Shown piece after piece: positions 16,210 to 32,555 of a stretch of DNA of 64,000 bases (the first letter of the stretch is position 1; the number at the start of each line of letters is the position of its first letter). The notes under the pieces are model-generated. The model did not search any database. It had not been told where the DNA came from and was given only the letters and a program-made list of their open reading frames with translations. A program made the position numbers and the translations under genes. Source of the stretch: Octopus vulgaris (Eukaryota); NCBI GenBank assembly GCA_951406725.2, contig OX597826.1, positions 21,142,001 through 21,206,000 on the forward strand. The letters run 5' to 3'.

Positions 16210-17446
16210 TGTTGCTTTGATCTGTTGCGTTCAGCACTGAAAACTAAAAATTTGTTTCTGTGTATTTTATGCTTTTTGATTAGAATAAACAAAACAAAAA
16301 AAAGTTTGCTTCTCATAAAAATAAGAATCTTGGTTTTTTTTTTTTTTTTTGTTAGAGGTAAAGGAAACTGTAATATTTGAACTATTGAAATTTCAAATTG
16401 TTTCTACAAGAGATTTGACGATGTTCTCGGCGGAAGTGGTTTTAAGAACAAGCAAACTCCATCGTATTTAAGGTGTATAATCTTATCGTATTTAAGGTGT
16501 ATAATCTTATCGAAGTATAAAAACTAAGAATGGCCTTTTAGCATGGTATATCATGTTCTAACAAAATTCTATTGTAGTTTAAATATATCTCTAATATTCC
16601 CGAAACTATCTCCGTTCAATATTTCATTTATTAAGTTCAACTACACAAAGCCTATGTTATATTGTAAAAGTTGTTTATTACATTCTTCAAAATACATTTT
16701 CTACCATAACCAATGTTTGGGATGTTATACTGGAATCCATTTGGATCTCGGTCATCACTCCTTGAAATAACATCAATAAAAACGCTGCCACACCCCAAAT
16801 GCTTTGGGTCCTCAGGGTCCACTCACACTGTATTAGGTTTATGAGCTTATAAAGTCTTACTTTTCTTTATTAGGGACCACGTTAACTCTTCACAATAACC
16901 TTATCATTGATGAAACTCCAGTAACTTCAAAATATTCGTCCAATACTCTACCAATTCCACCAAGCTACTACCCTGGGCGGGTACATTATTTTATAGACCC
17001 TGGAAGAGTAAAAGGCAAAGTTGATCTCGCTGGAATTTGAATTCAGAAGGCACAGATCTGAAACCAATACAGCACGATATTTTATCCAACGTTCACCATA
17101 TTTCCATTCTTTACTAAATTAACAAAATTTATTGACCCCGACAAAGTCCCTTGGGTGTTATTAGCATTGTTACTCCGACACACCTCCACCAATTTCAGTG
17201 GGTCATGGATTTTACCCTAAATTTACTGAAGACTTTCATGGGGTGTGTTGTAGAGAGCAAGTCATCACTACAGTCCAGCTTTCTCCAAGTTATTCATTGC
17301 GGCTGATCTTATAAGCAAGAAGCCATGTATTACGACGGGTTTATGAGCTGCAGGTGACTTCTATGCATTTTCTAATGGTACATAGTGATGTAGGCGGGAA
17401 GGAAGTGCAACTGGGAATCGAAATCTTTATATAAATATAGATAGAT

Positions 17447-17477
<31 letters not shown>

Positions 17478-18539
17478 GTGATTGATAGATACATACATAC
17501 ATACATACATACATACATACATACTTACATACACATATATATTTATGCATATATACATACATATATGTACATTCTTACATATATATGTATATATATATAT
17601 GTGCATATAAGGGTACAGGATGTCAGAAACCGTAAACAACATGAAAGACGAAAACAACATGAAATACGAAGGCAAACTTGGATATGCGAACAACGAGAGA
17701 AACAAATGAAAAACAAGACAAGTAACATAAAGAACGACCCTTCATCTGTTGTCAGCTGTTCATCTACTCCACATTGCGAGCAATTAACGACAATATGAGG
17801 CTTCGAGGAACAGTTGCTCCCGAAAATCAAAATAAATTTGGACAGTGAAGATATACAACAAAGCAAACGAAAACATACATGGAGGGCTGTTTGACCAGAA
17901 GGGGTAAGGTAGCGAACGCTGGAGGAATAGTCTTTGACAAGAGAAAATATAGCAGAGGAGACTGATAAGAATGCGTCTGGTCTGTGCGACAGACTGAAGG
18001 AAAAGAATGATGATCACATGAGGAAAAGAAAGATGGACGATGGTCACGTGTGAGCAACAAGAGAGTAGTCTAAACTGGATCAAAATTAATACACTGGGTT
18101 AGGGTACATAAGCAACAAATCAATGATTCAGCTTTTAGAAATGTTCCATGTAGTGACCATCAAGACATTATAGCAAATAGTTCGTAGTAATCATGAGATT
18201 TCAAAATGTCTTTAACTGACAGTTGAGTTCTTGACAACTGTAGTAAAATGACTGACTTCTTCCTTTTCATACCTCTTAAAAGGCACCAACGAGCTGAATT
18301 TTCGGAATACGGTTTTGACCAATCCGTATGCATCTTAAACGTCACAGATATTACTGCCTTTATTTTAACCAATTAGCCTGCGGTTTACATGTAATGGTTT
18401 TATGAGTGAGCAAACTTAGTTTCGATCGTTTTTATTTCCATCGGTGGGAGTCTTCTGTAATTTGTTTATATTCATTTGTTAAAGATATTTTTTAATCCAC
18501 ATCATTAACTGGTTATTATAGTATTGTTATTATTTCCAT

Positions 18540-19810
18540 TCAGAACAGGTTTGAATATTTTAATAAAACGTTTTTCTTTTATCTTTTTTCCAGCCTCATT
18601 TGTTCTTGTAGTTTGTGGAAAGGAAGAATTAGAAACATTTTCTGACCACATGTTTCTATATGTTTGCTCAATGGAATTTGGAAAACATTAGTGTTCGGGA
18701 TTTGTTGTCTGTGAGCTCATGAGCATTCCAATAATACAGTCCCTGTCTTGCCAATGTATAGTTCCTCGCAAGTAGGGCATTTAATGCAATAGATGAAATT
18801 TCTGCTTCTGCAGTTCATATCTGCATTTGTGAAAATCTGTCCATTTTTTTGTTCTAATGGATCTACCAGTATACATGTAGTGACACGTTCCATATCTGTT
18901 ATCATTACTTTTGGGTATTGTGAACGGTTTATCGTGTTTGGTCATATTTAATTTTGCCTTTCTTAATTTCTTTAGGTTATGTTGTTTGCCTTTTGCTTGA
19001 GATAAGTGTTTGATTAGTTATATTTTTTAATTTTTCACTTTGTTTCATGATTGGCAGATTTGTTTTGATGATGTTAAGAATGTTTTGGTGATGCGAATTG
19101 TATGTTACTAGAAATGTTCCTTTGAAGGGTTCGTCTTTCTCATGTTTCCCTAAGTTGTTCTTTATGTGTCTCTTTTACTCGTTCTATGCTTTTTTTCTAT
19201 AAGTAGGAGCGAGAATAATTTTGCTTGAGCAGAAATCCTTTGAGTTCTATAAGTCGTGTGTTTCTGGTATTTGGATCATCGATTACAGTACAAATTTTCC
19301 TGGCTAAACAGTATGGGATGTTGCATTTTGTGTGTGCTAGGTGGCAGGATTTGAAATTTAGGTAATGGTGTGTGTGCTTTTGTAATAAATATCAGTTGTG
19401 ATTGTATTTAATTATCATTATGTCAAGAAATGGTAATTGTATGTTTGCTTATTTCTCTTGTGAATTTGAGACTAGGATGTAGATTGTTGAGGAGGGTGCT
19501 GAATAATTCCAGATTTTCTAGGGATTTGGTCCAAATTAGGAAACAATCATCAATGTATCTTTTCCATGTGTCCCCTATATGTCTTCTAAAGGTCATGCCG
19601 TAGTTGTCTTCCATGTTTTAAATATAGGTTTTGTTCCTAGTATACCAATACTGAGTTCGCGAAAACTGGAGTAAATTGTGTCCCCATAGCTGTGCCTCGA
19701 ATTTGGAGGGATTTTTTCCGTTGAAAAGGAATGTAGTTTTCGAGGATGAGACTGACCGCGTCTAGTATGAAAGTTACAGTAAATCTACTAAAGATTGCTT
19801 CTCTATGTTT
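18540..19810 (-). mobile_element. Penelope-like element relic (RT + GIY-YIG endonuclease)
   Basis: RT pieces QIRGTAMGTQFTPVFAN and WKRYIDDCFLIW. GIY-YIG piece NFIYCIKCPTCEELYIGKTG. Many stops and frameshifts. Confidence 0.88.
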
Positions 19811-19968
19811 ATGAACATTACAAAATATTTTTTCATATTTAACACACTTCAATATTGTAAAAAAAAATTTTTTTTTTTAAATACTATAGTAAAAAACGTG
19901 AAAATCAGACTATGTTTTAACTTTATTCAACAGATGTATTATTCTACACACATTTACACAAATTCGGA

Positions 19969-19999
<31 letters not shown>

Positions 20000-20069
20000 T
20001 GTATGTATGTATGTATGTATGTATGTATGTGTGTATGTATATAGGTATGTATGTAGGTATGTATGTCAT

Positions 20070-20618
20070 GTCACTTTCGAGTGCTACTGGTAACATGTAA
20101 CCCAGTACAACCTGTTGCATGGTCGGGTCGTCGGCGACTAAACCAGCAACCCCACCAACCTTGCTTGGTGTGGAGGGTGTTTATTGGACACCCTACGGGA
20201 TGAAAAACAAAACCCGTCAAAGGGCGGAGGAACTCTTGAGAGTCAACGGTCATCAAATAAATGTCTTAAGGCTGTATCATGCACGGGGACAGAAATAATC
20301 GGACTGAATACCCGATCGCGCTGTTAAACCATTGGGAGTGAAGGGCTCCTAGCCTTTGTTAGGGCATCCTTCTAGGAGAAGGTAACTCAGGTAACTGGGA
20401 TAACTCCGACATAAAACCTGTGGCTCAGTGGTTACCGATGGTGTTGACTTGTTCTTCTTTTCAGATTATGGCTGCTGTTGCTTAGTGAGTGGGATTGACT
20501 CAGTGCACAGCCTTTCCTCACTTTAAAAATAATCTTCTTGCACAGGCATTGCACGATAACAACATTGATTAAGCTTCGTGCAATGGCCATACTCGATAAC
20601 GAGGGGGTAGCCACCACC
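20070..20618 (+). mobile_element. Interspersed repeat, possibly RTE-LINE-derived non-autonomous element
   Basis: A GC-richer unique block sharply bounded by (TATG)n on both sides, with no ORF. The family assignment is recollection only. Confidence 0.35.
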
Positions 20619-20641
20619 ATGTATGTATGTATGTATGTATG

Positions 20642-20693
<52 letters not shown>

Positions 20694-20708
20694 TATACAT
20701 GTGTGTGC

Positions 20709-20768
<60 letters not shown>

Positions 20769-21182
20769 ATATATGCTGTCTAATCTATGACTTTGAATCA
20801 TGCTCACCAAATAGATATATAACAAACAGAAGATATAGATTTAATGTAATAAAAATAGAACCGCAATAATTGTGTTTTCTTTAGAATCAGACATTCAGTC
20901 GAAATATGGATTTTCTAACACGGAACTGTTCATCGTAGATGTTAAGATAGCAAAGAAAGAAATGGAAGGACGAGTTAGGGCAGACATGTTGTCTAGACGA
21001 CAAAAAAAAAGTAAAAAGTACACATGACATTAATAGAGACAAAGTCTTCTTTCTACTATGTATCATGTCCTGCTTGATTAAGTTAAAAGTAATGAATGTT
21101 AAATGTGGACAAGAACTTGTCAAGCAACCATGTCGACGGCCATTCAAATTGACAGAAACAGAGACTTGTGTTTGTATAAAAG

Positions 21183-21237
<55 letters not shown>

Positions 21238-21265
21238 CAAATAAATAAATAGATAGATAGATAGA

Positions 21266-21307
<42 letters not shown>

Positions 21308-22199
21308 TGTATGTGTATGTATATGTGTGTTTGTGTATATATATATACATATATATGTATGTATATGTGTCATATATATATGTATGTATGTATGTATAAT
21401 GCTGTTTGTTCAGATAGCCACATCAATAATACTAATGGAAACATCCATATTAGCGTAATTATTCGTTTATCCTGTTGGCCTTTTTTCATCCCCCACCCCC
21501 TTGTCCAGGATTAAAATCATTTAAGAATAACCGATTGCGACATTGAATGGTTTAATTGTGATCGTCTTCAAGCCATTACTTACTCGATTTCCTTGGTCTC
21601 TTCCTCTCTGAATCTTCTATTCTCCCCTCCGGTCCATGACAACAGTCATTGGTATAATTGTTCTGTATTGATAAAACGGAATCACATACTCAAATGCGGG
21701 CTTTCATTGATTAGTATTATTCTAGAAGAATCGTAAATGGCAGCAATCTTTAGTAATTTCTGAATAAACAGAGGTCTGCTGCTTGATAGACTTTCACCTG
21801 AGCGAATGCGTCAAGTTTTGTTTCGTTTTTTTTTATTTTTTTTTTTTTATATATAATAGTGTCCGAAGAAAGGCATAACTGTTTAATCTATGGAAGCCCT
21901 TTCGGATCATCAGAATTTAGACGTGTTTAAGATCTACGCTATCGGATAATGATTTTGAGAGCTAAAGGTGGGTTATTATAGGGAATTTTGTTTTCTGAGA
22001 CGTAAAACTTCATCGTTAAATGTAGTAAATCTTGACGCGAAATTTAGAAAGAAGAAAAACACGGCATGGATTGAGGAACCAAGATGGGGATGGGGGAGAG
22101 ACTATTGGGGGTAGGAGTTGGGTGTGGGGGAAGAGCACAATTTGCTTTTGAAGAAATGGTATTAACAGAGAGGAAACACACCATAATGATGGGAATTTT

Positions 22200-22592
22200 T
22201 TGTGGCTGTCATAAGAAGCTTGCTTCCCAACCACACGGTTCTGGGTTCAGTCCCACTGCGTAGCACCTTGGGCAAGTGTCTCATACTGTTGCTTTGAACC
22301 GACCAAAACCTTGTGAATGGATTTGGTAGACGGGAAAATTCCGTCGTATACATGTGTGTGTGTGTGTTGTATGTGTGCGTGTGTGTTTGTGTTTGTCCTC
22401 CACCACTGATTAACAACCTGTGTTTGTGTGTTTACGTCCAAGTAACCAAGCGGTTCGACAAAAAACACCGATAAAATAAGTATCTGGCTCAAAAAAGTAA
22501 ATATTGTGGTCGATTCATTCGACTAAAAATTCTTCAAGGCGGTGCCCCAGCATGGCCACAGTCTAATGACTTGAACCCAGTAAAAGATAAAA
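22200..22592 (+). mobile_element. Octopus-type tRNA-derived SINE (family A), near full length
   Basis: Head ..AGCTTGCTTCCCAACCAC..GGGTTCAGTCCCACTGCG..CACCTTGGGCAAGTGTC, central (TG)n, tail CGGTTCGGCAAAA..AAGGCGGTG..CCAGCATGGCC..AAAAGATAA. The same sequence recurs many times in the window. Confidence 0.85.
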
Positions 22593-24199
22593 AAATAGAA
22601 GATGAAAGAAAGCCTTTTAAAGGATTGGTCTCCTAATGAATGTCAGTGTTTGGCACGGATGAGGAAAACATTTTGGAACTGTAAGAATTCCTCAGTTACA
22701 CTGCCCTAAACTATTTGTTGGCTCTGAAAAATAAATTCAATGTTTTGTGGGGGGGGGGTCCTGTAAATAGAATTGCAAAAATTTAATTACAATTAGCAAA
22801 CATATTTTTTATTAACCATCCATCTGTAGCATCGCCATAATTCTACATTATTTCTACATTTAAAATTTTTTTTTCTTCTGCTTAGACAACCCAGAAATTA
22901 CCTTTCAACTTCTCCTTCTTCAAGACATAACTCCGACAATATCCTCTTTTAAAAATTCCATACTAAATATAATATTCTGCCATTCTGATATTTAATATAA
23001 GATTCAATATAGTCACGTGTTGTACTTCACCTTACAACTAAAGATTCCGAAAAATAAAATTACCTTCCCATGTGTAAAAAGTATTGCATGTGGTTAAACA
23101 CCAAAAAAAAGGGCAAGTGTTTCATAACAAAGATAAGATGGCCTCAACTAAAATGCTGGCGGAACCATTCCCTCATAAATCGCCCTTCCTAAGTCACAGA
23201 CCTTAAAGTTACACAAATTATTCTAGCACTAATACTAATAGTTTCGTTTTCTCAAGGAAGGATCTCCTAGTTTTGTTTATACTCTCTGTCTATTATTTTT
23301 ACTCCTCGTTTACAATTACAACTCCTGCTTTACAGTTTATTCACGTCGTTTACAATTACTCTCACTGTTTGCTTCATACTCCTGTTTGTGTTCCTGAAAT
23401 TTTGTATACATACATACATACACACACACACATATACATACACACACACACATATACATACACACACACACATATACATACACACACACACATACATACA
23501 TACATACATACATACATACATACATACATACATACATACACACACATATACATACACACACACACACATACATACATACATACATACATACATACATACA
23601 TACATACATACATACATACATACATACACTGCCACTATATGAAACCTCCTCTGATATGTGGCATTTGGTGAACGAGGAAATTTGATGTCGCTGCCCTCAT
23701 CTGCATTTCTTGTTGTTGTTGTTGTTGTTGTAGTAATACTTGTTGTTGTTGCAGTTGTTACTGTTGTTTTTTATGTTGTTTTTGCTGCTATTTCTCCCCA
23801 GTTCAATCCTCGTCTAGCTGGCGTATGATCAGAGACTTTCCACCTGAGCCCTTCTCGTCATATTTTTATTACTTGAACGCCATTGTAAAATCTACCGTTT
23901 CCTTTCTCAAGACAGTAGGTAGATTCGATGGCATTTGATTGTTGCTTCTAGCAAGTCGAATAACCAGAAGCACGTTATTTGGTCATAGTAATGGTGGTGG
24001 TGATGGTGTCGGTGATGGTAGTTGGGATCGCGGTTGTCATCGTCGTTGTTGTCCTCGTGGCGGTCGTGGCTGGTCATCCAGTTGCATCTGGTTGTGTATT
24101 AATTAGTAAGGAAACTTAGTGTTTTAATTATTATTTAAATATTTATTTGAGGGGGGGGGCAGTGTTAGAAATATTCAATATGGCGCCAATGGAGTGAAA

Positions 24200-24376
24200 A
24201 GGAGGAGGAGGAGGAGGAGGAGGAGGAGGAGGAGAAGAAGAAGAAGAAGAAGAAGAAGAAGAAGAAGAAGAAGAAGAAGAAGAAGAAGAAGAAGAAGAAG
24301 AAGAAGAAGAAGAAGAAGAAGAAGAAGAAGAAGAAGAAGAAGAAGAAGAAGAAGAAGAAGAAGAAGAAGAAGAAGA
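24200..24376. repeat. (GGA)n(GAA)n trinucleotide repeat
   Basis: Directly visible. Similar (TTC)/(GAA) tracts at 29363-29535, 30100-30160, 43528-43725 and 61575-61650. Confidence 0.97.
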
Positions 24377-25551
24377 TCAGTAGCTTTTATGGATATTGTC
24401 AATTTGTCTTAGATATTGTATGTTAGTTATTATTACTTTTCGATAATTATCCGACAAAAATTACTTTTTATGGCGGAGGATTGTCAGAAAATGTCTTTAG
24501 ATTATCAGATTTACTATAAAACACATTCGTTTTCAATGATTCTGAAAGCAAATTTCGCCAATATTGACAAATCATTGGAATCTATGACCGACAACTTATG
24601 AAAGAGGAATCGTGATGGCGGCCTTTCTAAATGACAGGTTGTCTTCAGATGAAGGTTCAATGAACGTAGAAGAACATTAGTAACAATTTCGATCGATATG
24701 TCATCAGAAAAAAAAAATATATATATATATAACTGCTCTGAAACACCGCCTTATCTACTGTACAAAGGTTTGGAGACAATTTTACGAGCAGACAGATACT
24801 AATTCGATAACTCACTTCTTGCATTAATACTCATATAATTCTTTGACCAAATTGCTAAGGAATATATAAACAGTGTCGTTTTTATTGATATTCACCTTTT
24901 TTCCTTTCATTCTTTCATCTTTCTATTTTGCGTTTTTTTCTTTTCAACTCGACACTTTCTGTACAAATCCTCTGACTTATGTCTCTTAGTTTTCTTTTTG
25001 TTATATATCTTTCTCTATATTTATCATCTTTCTCATGTATTTTAATGATTTTTAAAGGAGGTATAAATTGTTTTGGTACATCTTGGTAGCCAGACTCTCT
25101 TCTCTTACATTTATACAAATTATATACATTTTGCAATCTACTTATTAACATATTCTTACCTGCTGCTCTATTTCTGCACTTTTTTACTCGACAAAAAGCA
25201 ATAGAACATACGAATCTCTGCTTTTATTACCTCCTTAGCTTGAATTTTTTCTCCTGAACAAGTTTAGTCTTTAAGATATCTTCTCTTCATTGCGATTTAT
25301 TACTTTTTCAAGAGGACTAATACAACACATTTACTAGGTTCTAGCAATATCAATCAACTTGTTTAATATAAATCGCGACCCACTCAAGGCCTTTTGTCTC
25401 GTTTTGTTGACGTTCATACAACAATTCCATTATTTATTTTACACAGACTCTCTTTTCAGATAATGAAACACAATCTAGGTTAACTGAAATAATTTCCCAT
25501 TAATTGGTCCTCCCAGACTTTCTTACATTTTACTTCTTCTTCTTCTTCTTC

Positions 25552-25609
<58 letters not shown>

Positions 25610-25615
25610 TACTAC

Positions 25616-25661
<46 letters not shown>

Positions 25662-26063
25662 GCTGCTGCTGCTGCTGCTGCTACTACTACTACTACTACT
25701 ACTTCTACTTCTACTACTAATACTAATACTAATACGACTAACACTAATACTGATACTACTTTGTTCTGGTTCATAAACTAAACCAGACATTCCACATATT
25801 GGATGGATCCATTAAAAGACAGAATCTGCTTTGATTTCATTGCAAGGAAAGTCATAAGTAATGAAAACTAATTCTATTTACCGAACTCTTTACATAGAAA
25901 TATGTGTGTGTGTGTATGTGTGTGTGTGTGTATGTGTGTATACACACGTACGCACTCACACACATAAATATATATGTATACACACACACACACATACACA
26001 TATATATGTATAAATATAAATATATATACATTAATACCTACAAACATACATGCATGTGTGTTG

Positions 26064-26118
<55 letters not shown>

Positions 26119-29100
26119 ATGTGTGAGTGTGTGCATGCATTATTTTATAATTGCTTCAAAGTACGAATATTCATGAAATCATTTGAAGCAGCGACCAAAC
26201 TTTTTCTGATTTTTGCGAAACATTATTACAGGAGTCTACATGACCGCTTGGCATGCTAGACATAGCAGCCATACTTTCCTCAAATCACACTTTAATATAA
26301 AAATAAAGGAACCAGTGGATATCTTATCCCTTGATACAATATCTACAATAAAAGATGGAATGGTCACGGATGGAATATCTTTCACCATAGATATGCTCAG
26401 TCACTCTTCATACACCCGCCACTCCTTATAATCTTCACCTCACTCTTCGTCGTGTACCTTTACTCTTCCTTTGCACTTCACCCCTCCTTTACTCTCCCTC
26501 ACTCATCTATTAACTCCCACTTGTATTTGCTCTCCACTCATCCCCGAGTTACACTTTAAAAACCAAATTAACTAACACATCTTCAAGAAGTCACTTAACA
26601 ACACTCCACGATACTAATGCCATACACGTGCTGTGTCCTCCTATTATATCCTACTACAAGGGTCTTTGCTCCTCACAATTTGCTGATGACGTAAAACATC
26701 TCCCCAGCACCCCTCCTCTCTCTTCCACTCACCACTAAAACTCTCTAAACCCAACAGTCCCTCCCACACTCACACACAGATCTCACATCTACCAATCCTT
26801 CTTTTCTAGGTAATGACACCCCACCAGAACACCTAGCCCCCTTGTTTGTCCTAAGTTGCTCAAACTGAACATTAGCCGCACTACTCCCACCAGTCTGTTG
26901 GGGGTGGGGGTCTTCAAATATCCTAACTGAAATATTGAAAAAATTAATAATATCTAATAGGTTCCGCTCCGTTGGAGTAAAAAATGTCTTCGTTTCCGGT
27001 TTGATTCTTTGCTGACCTCCGATAAATTTTGTTTCAGCCAAACTGGATACCTGACACAAAAAACGATGAAGAACAAAAGTGAAAAATAACTATTAACTGA
27101 CGGGGTGGGGAGGGCTACCAAAAATAGATTTTAAAAATTCTAAATATAATAAAAGGAAACCGAAACGAAATTTACTCCCTGATTTTTCCCATTATTTACC
27201 ATTTCCAAATTATATACAGTGACTCGGAGCCCGACAGCATCGCTTTGTCTCTTTTATATTTATATTCGGCATCATTAGCATCGTAATCTATGCTGCTGCG
27301 CTAAGTGAACGATTTATTTCTGTGAGAGAAAATTAGTTCATTTAAAACTGTTATAAAAGAAGGTTTGGGGCCGGATTTGGATTTTTTTTCCAATTTCATT
27401 GGTTGAGACTTTGTTGAAACTTTCTACTTTTTCCTCTTCAGAAGAATTCATAGAATCTTAAGTTTATATAACCATCTCGCGATACAACCACCTCTCGATA
27501 CAGTCACTGCCAGCTACACCCTACATAACTGCTAACGATTCTCATCCCCAACTCTCAAATCCTCAATTCCATTTTTTTTTTCCAAGATAGCCGCTTTCCG
27601 CCAGGAACACCCTTCCAGGCCGAGATCAACTTAAACTGAATTAACCTTACTCATTGGTCCCTAATTCTTTGCCAAGAACACCTTCAAGAATTCTAAAGAT
27701 ATTTCTCCAAAGAACTAAACAGGAAGAGAGAATACACTTGCTGTAATTATTCAAAGAATGGGTGATGTCACTGAAACTCTCCGGAATTAAAGTTACATTA
27801 AGTATAAGCAGTCATAATGGAAGACAACTACAAATGTGAGGCGCCCTTCATTATGTTATGTGTCACTAAGCACTAGACGTGAAGCTTCGAAAAAATGTTG
27901 GATGTTTTGACGATAATGTTGCTGATGTTGCTATTGGGAAAAGCGCTGCCGCTGTTGCTGTCGTTTAACCCCAGGACGACTCTCACGTAGCAGACCTACG
28001 ATCACAGATTACTAACAGCGACCACCTCATCTTTTTTTATATTTTCAGACGTAATCTTCAATGTCCTTTCTTTTTTTAAGGTGATGGTATATGATTTGTG
28101 GTCGATTTGGCTGTTACTTCTAGCAGATGCAACGATCACATAGAGGTTTTGTCATCGACTCGTTGATAATAATTTGAGGGAATAAGTTTGAGTGATGTAT
28201 TTGTTGCTCGCAATTTTTTCCGTCTGAGATTAAACTGTACATGTTTCTACCTCCAAGACTTTATGAAGTCCGCAGCATCAACCCTTGTTTAGCCTCATTT
28301 ATCCCTGCACAAGACACACAAAACACCCTTATCGAAGTTATTAATGTCTATTTACAGCCTTTACAGCTCGCGCCACATAGCAGCAAATAAACAATATGGC
28401 GTCTCTAATCTGCCGCCTGTCATTCATTTATCTTTAATTCACTCATCATTCAAGGACAATTGAGCTAAATAATAAAGCAACGTCTTTCAGTTCTACATCG
28501 TATCAGATTCAACCACTGAAATGGCGGCTAGGTCAATGTCAAAATAGATATTGGCAAATATATAGCATTATGCATCCTGTTTAATGGTGCACTACCGCAT
28601 TTTTGTAAATTTATACTTGTCCATCGAGCATTCATTTATTCATATCATTTTTTCTCCTTTTTTATTTACTATTTTCCAATAATATTTCCTGCCTCTATCT
28701 ATTATATTATTCTTCATAATAGTACTCTTGTCTATTTGTCATTCTTTCCTTCGAAAGCCATTCTTGTTTCTGTATTTCCAACTTTCCACAGGGTGATGAT
28801 TTGAAAATTAAACTAAGCATCGACAAAATTAATTACAAAGTTTAACATAGTGACAGTTTCATTTCTCATAATGTTTTCCCTCCAAAATATGATTTATTAT
28901 CATTGATTTTTACGATGCCTTTTTTTTTAATACTGCTAACCTTTAGAATACAGAGATCATATGGAAAGTAATTGCATTGTTTGGCCATTTTTGTCACCAC
29001 CAATCCCAGACTGATACTGTAACCGTCTATATTTCCCCCTCTTCCGTTATTGTCACTTCCGTTGTCAACATTGTCACCATTTCTAGTATAGACGCTATTG

Positions 29101-30098
29101 CTTTTAATTTATCAATGTTATATTCACGCATTATTGCCACCACATCTTGCCATTTTCTAATTATTCCGCAAAACTTGCCGTCTTGGATCTAATGCTGACG
29201 TTAAAACACATTCAGAAGCAGACGACTTTTAACAAACCGACTCATAAACTGTAGTGACACAGCAGACGACAGGCAGAATCTTTGATTTTCATTCAACTTT
29301 TGAAGGTTTTCATTGTCATTGTTGTGGTTGTTGACCACACGCCGACGCCGATGACAACAATGATCTTCTTCTTCTTCTTCTTCTTCTTCTTCTTCTTCTT
29401 CTTCTTCTTCTTCTTCTTCTTCTTCTCCTTCTCCTTCTTCTTCTTCTTCTTCTTCTTCTTCTTCTTCTTCTTCTTCTTCTTCTTCTTCTTCTTCTTCTTC
29501 TTCTTCTTCTTCTTCTTCTTCTTCTTCTTCTTCTTTCATCAATTAAGTGTTGTCTACGGCAGTATTACTCCTCCGATTCTCACTACAATATCAACCAAAA
29601 GATTCAGAGGAAATTCTTTATTTTCAATTTTGCTAAAGAGTGACAAGTTATTGCCGGAGAAAATGTTATTGTATAAATATGGCGCCGAAAGGTTTCTATA
29701 AAAACATTAATAAACAGAAATGACGAAGAGATTAGAAAAGACAGAGAAAAGAGAATATGTAGAAAGGAATGAAGAAGGGAGAGGAGAATCAGGAGGGAGG
29801 AAGGAGAGTTAATAGAGAGGAAGGAAGGAGGTTAGCAATAGAGAGTAACAAAGAAGGGAAAGAGAGTAAGTTTCTAGTAATAAAGGGGGGTGCTAGGTGG
29901 AAAGTGTAGAGGGAGGAGAGGAAGGATGCTGGAAGAGCTTGGTTACAGGCAGAAGCGGGATTGGAGCAAAGATTTTATCGAACTGGATTACTATTGATGA
30001 TTTATTTGGTCTGCATCCTTTCCTTAATTAGAATCACTCTATAAAATAAATAGAATAATTGATCAGCCTTCAGCCATAACGACATAACCACTACTATC

Positions 30099-30129
<31 letters not shown>

Positions 30130-30402
30130 CTTCTTCTTCTTCTTCTTCTTCTTCTTCTTTACCTTCCTCAACCAACTTTAGCCAAAACATTCTCGTTGCC
30201 ACTTAAATTTTCACTTTCTCACTAATTTTATTCTGATTTGGGTTTTTTTCCCCTTGTTTCTATTTTATTTTGGATCACTTTCATTGAATATATTTTCTCT
30301 CTTCCCCTCTTTCCCTCTCCTCTCTCTCTCTCTCTCTCTATTCTTATCCCTCTTTTTCACACTCTTTCTTGTTCTTTCTCCATTTTCCCCTACTCCCACG
30401 CA

Positions 30403-30464
<62 letters not shown>

Positions 30465-30510
30465 ATGTGTGTGTGTATATATATATATATATACACATAC
30501 ATATATACAC

Positions 30511-30569
<59 letters not shown>

Positions 30570-30587
30570 TATATATGCATGTATATA

Positions 30588-30637
<50 letters not shown>

Positions 30638-30983
30638 CGTATGTATCTTCAACACCTAGCTCCCTCTCCTTGTTTCTCTCTCTCTCTCTCTCTCTACCTC
30701 CTCCTCTCCCTCTCTATTTATCTGTCTATCTATCTCTCCTCTTTCCCAACCCACCCCTCAACACCCTAATTCTCTGATTATCTCTTTCTAGTTTCCCTAC
30801 TTAAGCCTCCACTCATTTTTTAAAGACAACACTTTTTTTTTATTCTTCATTTTTCTTTTTCCTTTCTTTCTTTTTGTATTTCTGTTTTCTTATTGTTTCG
30901 GTGTTTGATTTCAATCTTTCTTTTATTTCATGTTTATTTTATTTTTCTGCTTCTAACAACAAACAAAAACAAACAACTTGAGT

Positions 30984-31105
<122 letters not shown>

Positions 31106-31860
31106 CAGCTCGTCTCTTGCAACACCGAGCGCTGTCAACATTGCTGCTGCCGAATTTCAAATCGCTTCCAGCAACTGATTAAAGACCTTCCAATGTTGTA
31201 TTATTTTAAAAAAACAATACGCGCGCGCGCTACTAATCCACGAACAGCGACTTTGAAACAAAACATCAGCCCTTTTGATGGTGGCTTCCAATATTTGCTT
31301 GCATCGGTTCAATGCGTGCAGCTAATTACGGGTGAGCTGCTCCGTGAGAGGCGTCATTTCTTGTACAGAGATTCTTGACGTTTTCAAGAAGGATAAATGC
31401 CATAGAGAGTATACACACACACGTATGTATGTATGTATGTATGTATGTATGTATGTATGTATGTATGTATGTATGTATGTATGTATGTATGTATGTATGT
31501 GTATGTATGTATGTATGTATGTATGTATGTATGTATGTATGTATGTATGTATGTATGTATGTGTATGTATGTATGTATGTATGTATGTGTATGTATGTAT
31601 GTATGTATGTATGTATGTATGTATGTATGTATGTATGTATGATATGATTCCATCTCGCTTGCCGTAGGGTGCTTGTCTCTCTTGTCAGTCGTTAGAAAAG
31701 TTCTCTCACGTGGCTGAGGGTAGTTTTGACTCTTATGTCTAGCAATGCTGACAAGCACCTTCAGTCACTTTAGTGACAACTATACTTCTGCCTTTCGGTT
31801 CTAAATAGCGAATGGTCGCCTTAATAATTGTTATGTATGTATGTATGTATGTATGTATGT

Positions 31861-32555
<695 letters not shown>

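Noticed and set aside
16461-16512. 24 bp tandem duplication ATCGTATTTAAGGTGTATAATCTT x2 (also a 16 bp duplication at ~11146-11180)
   Set aside because: Ordinary slippage duplications with no spacers, so not CRISPR-like.
17613-18110. TACAGGATGTC Tc1-like end with adjacent GC-richer block
   Set aside because: No partner TIR or transposase motif was found by eye.
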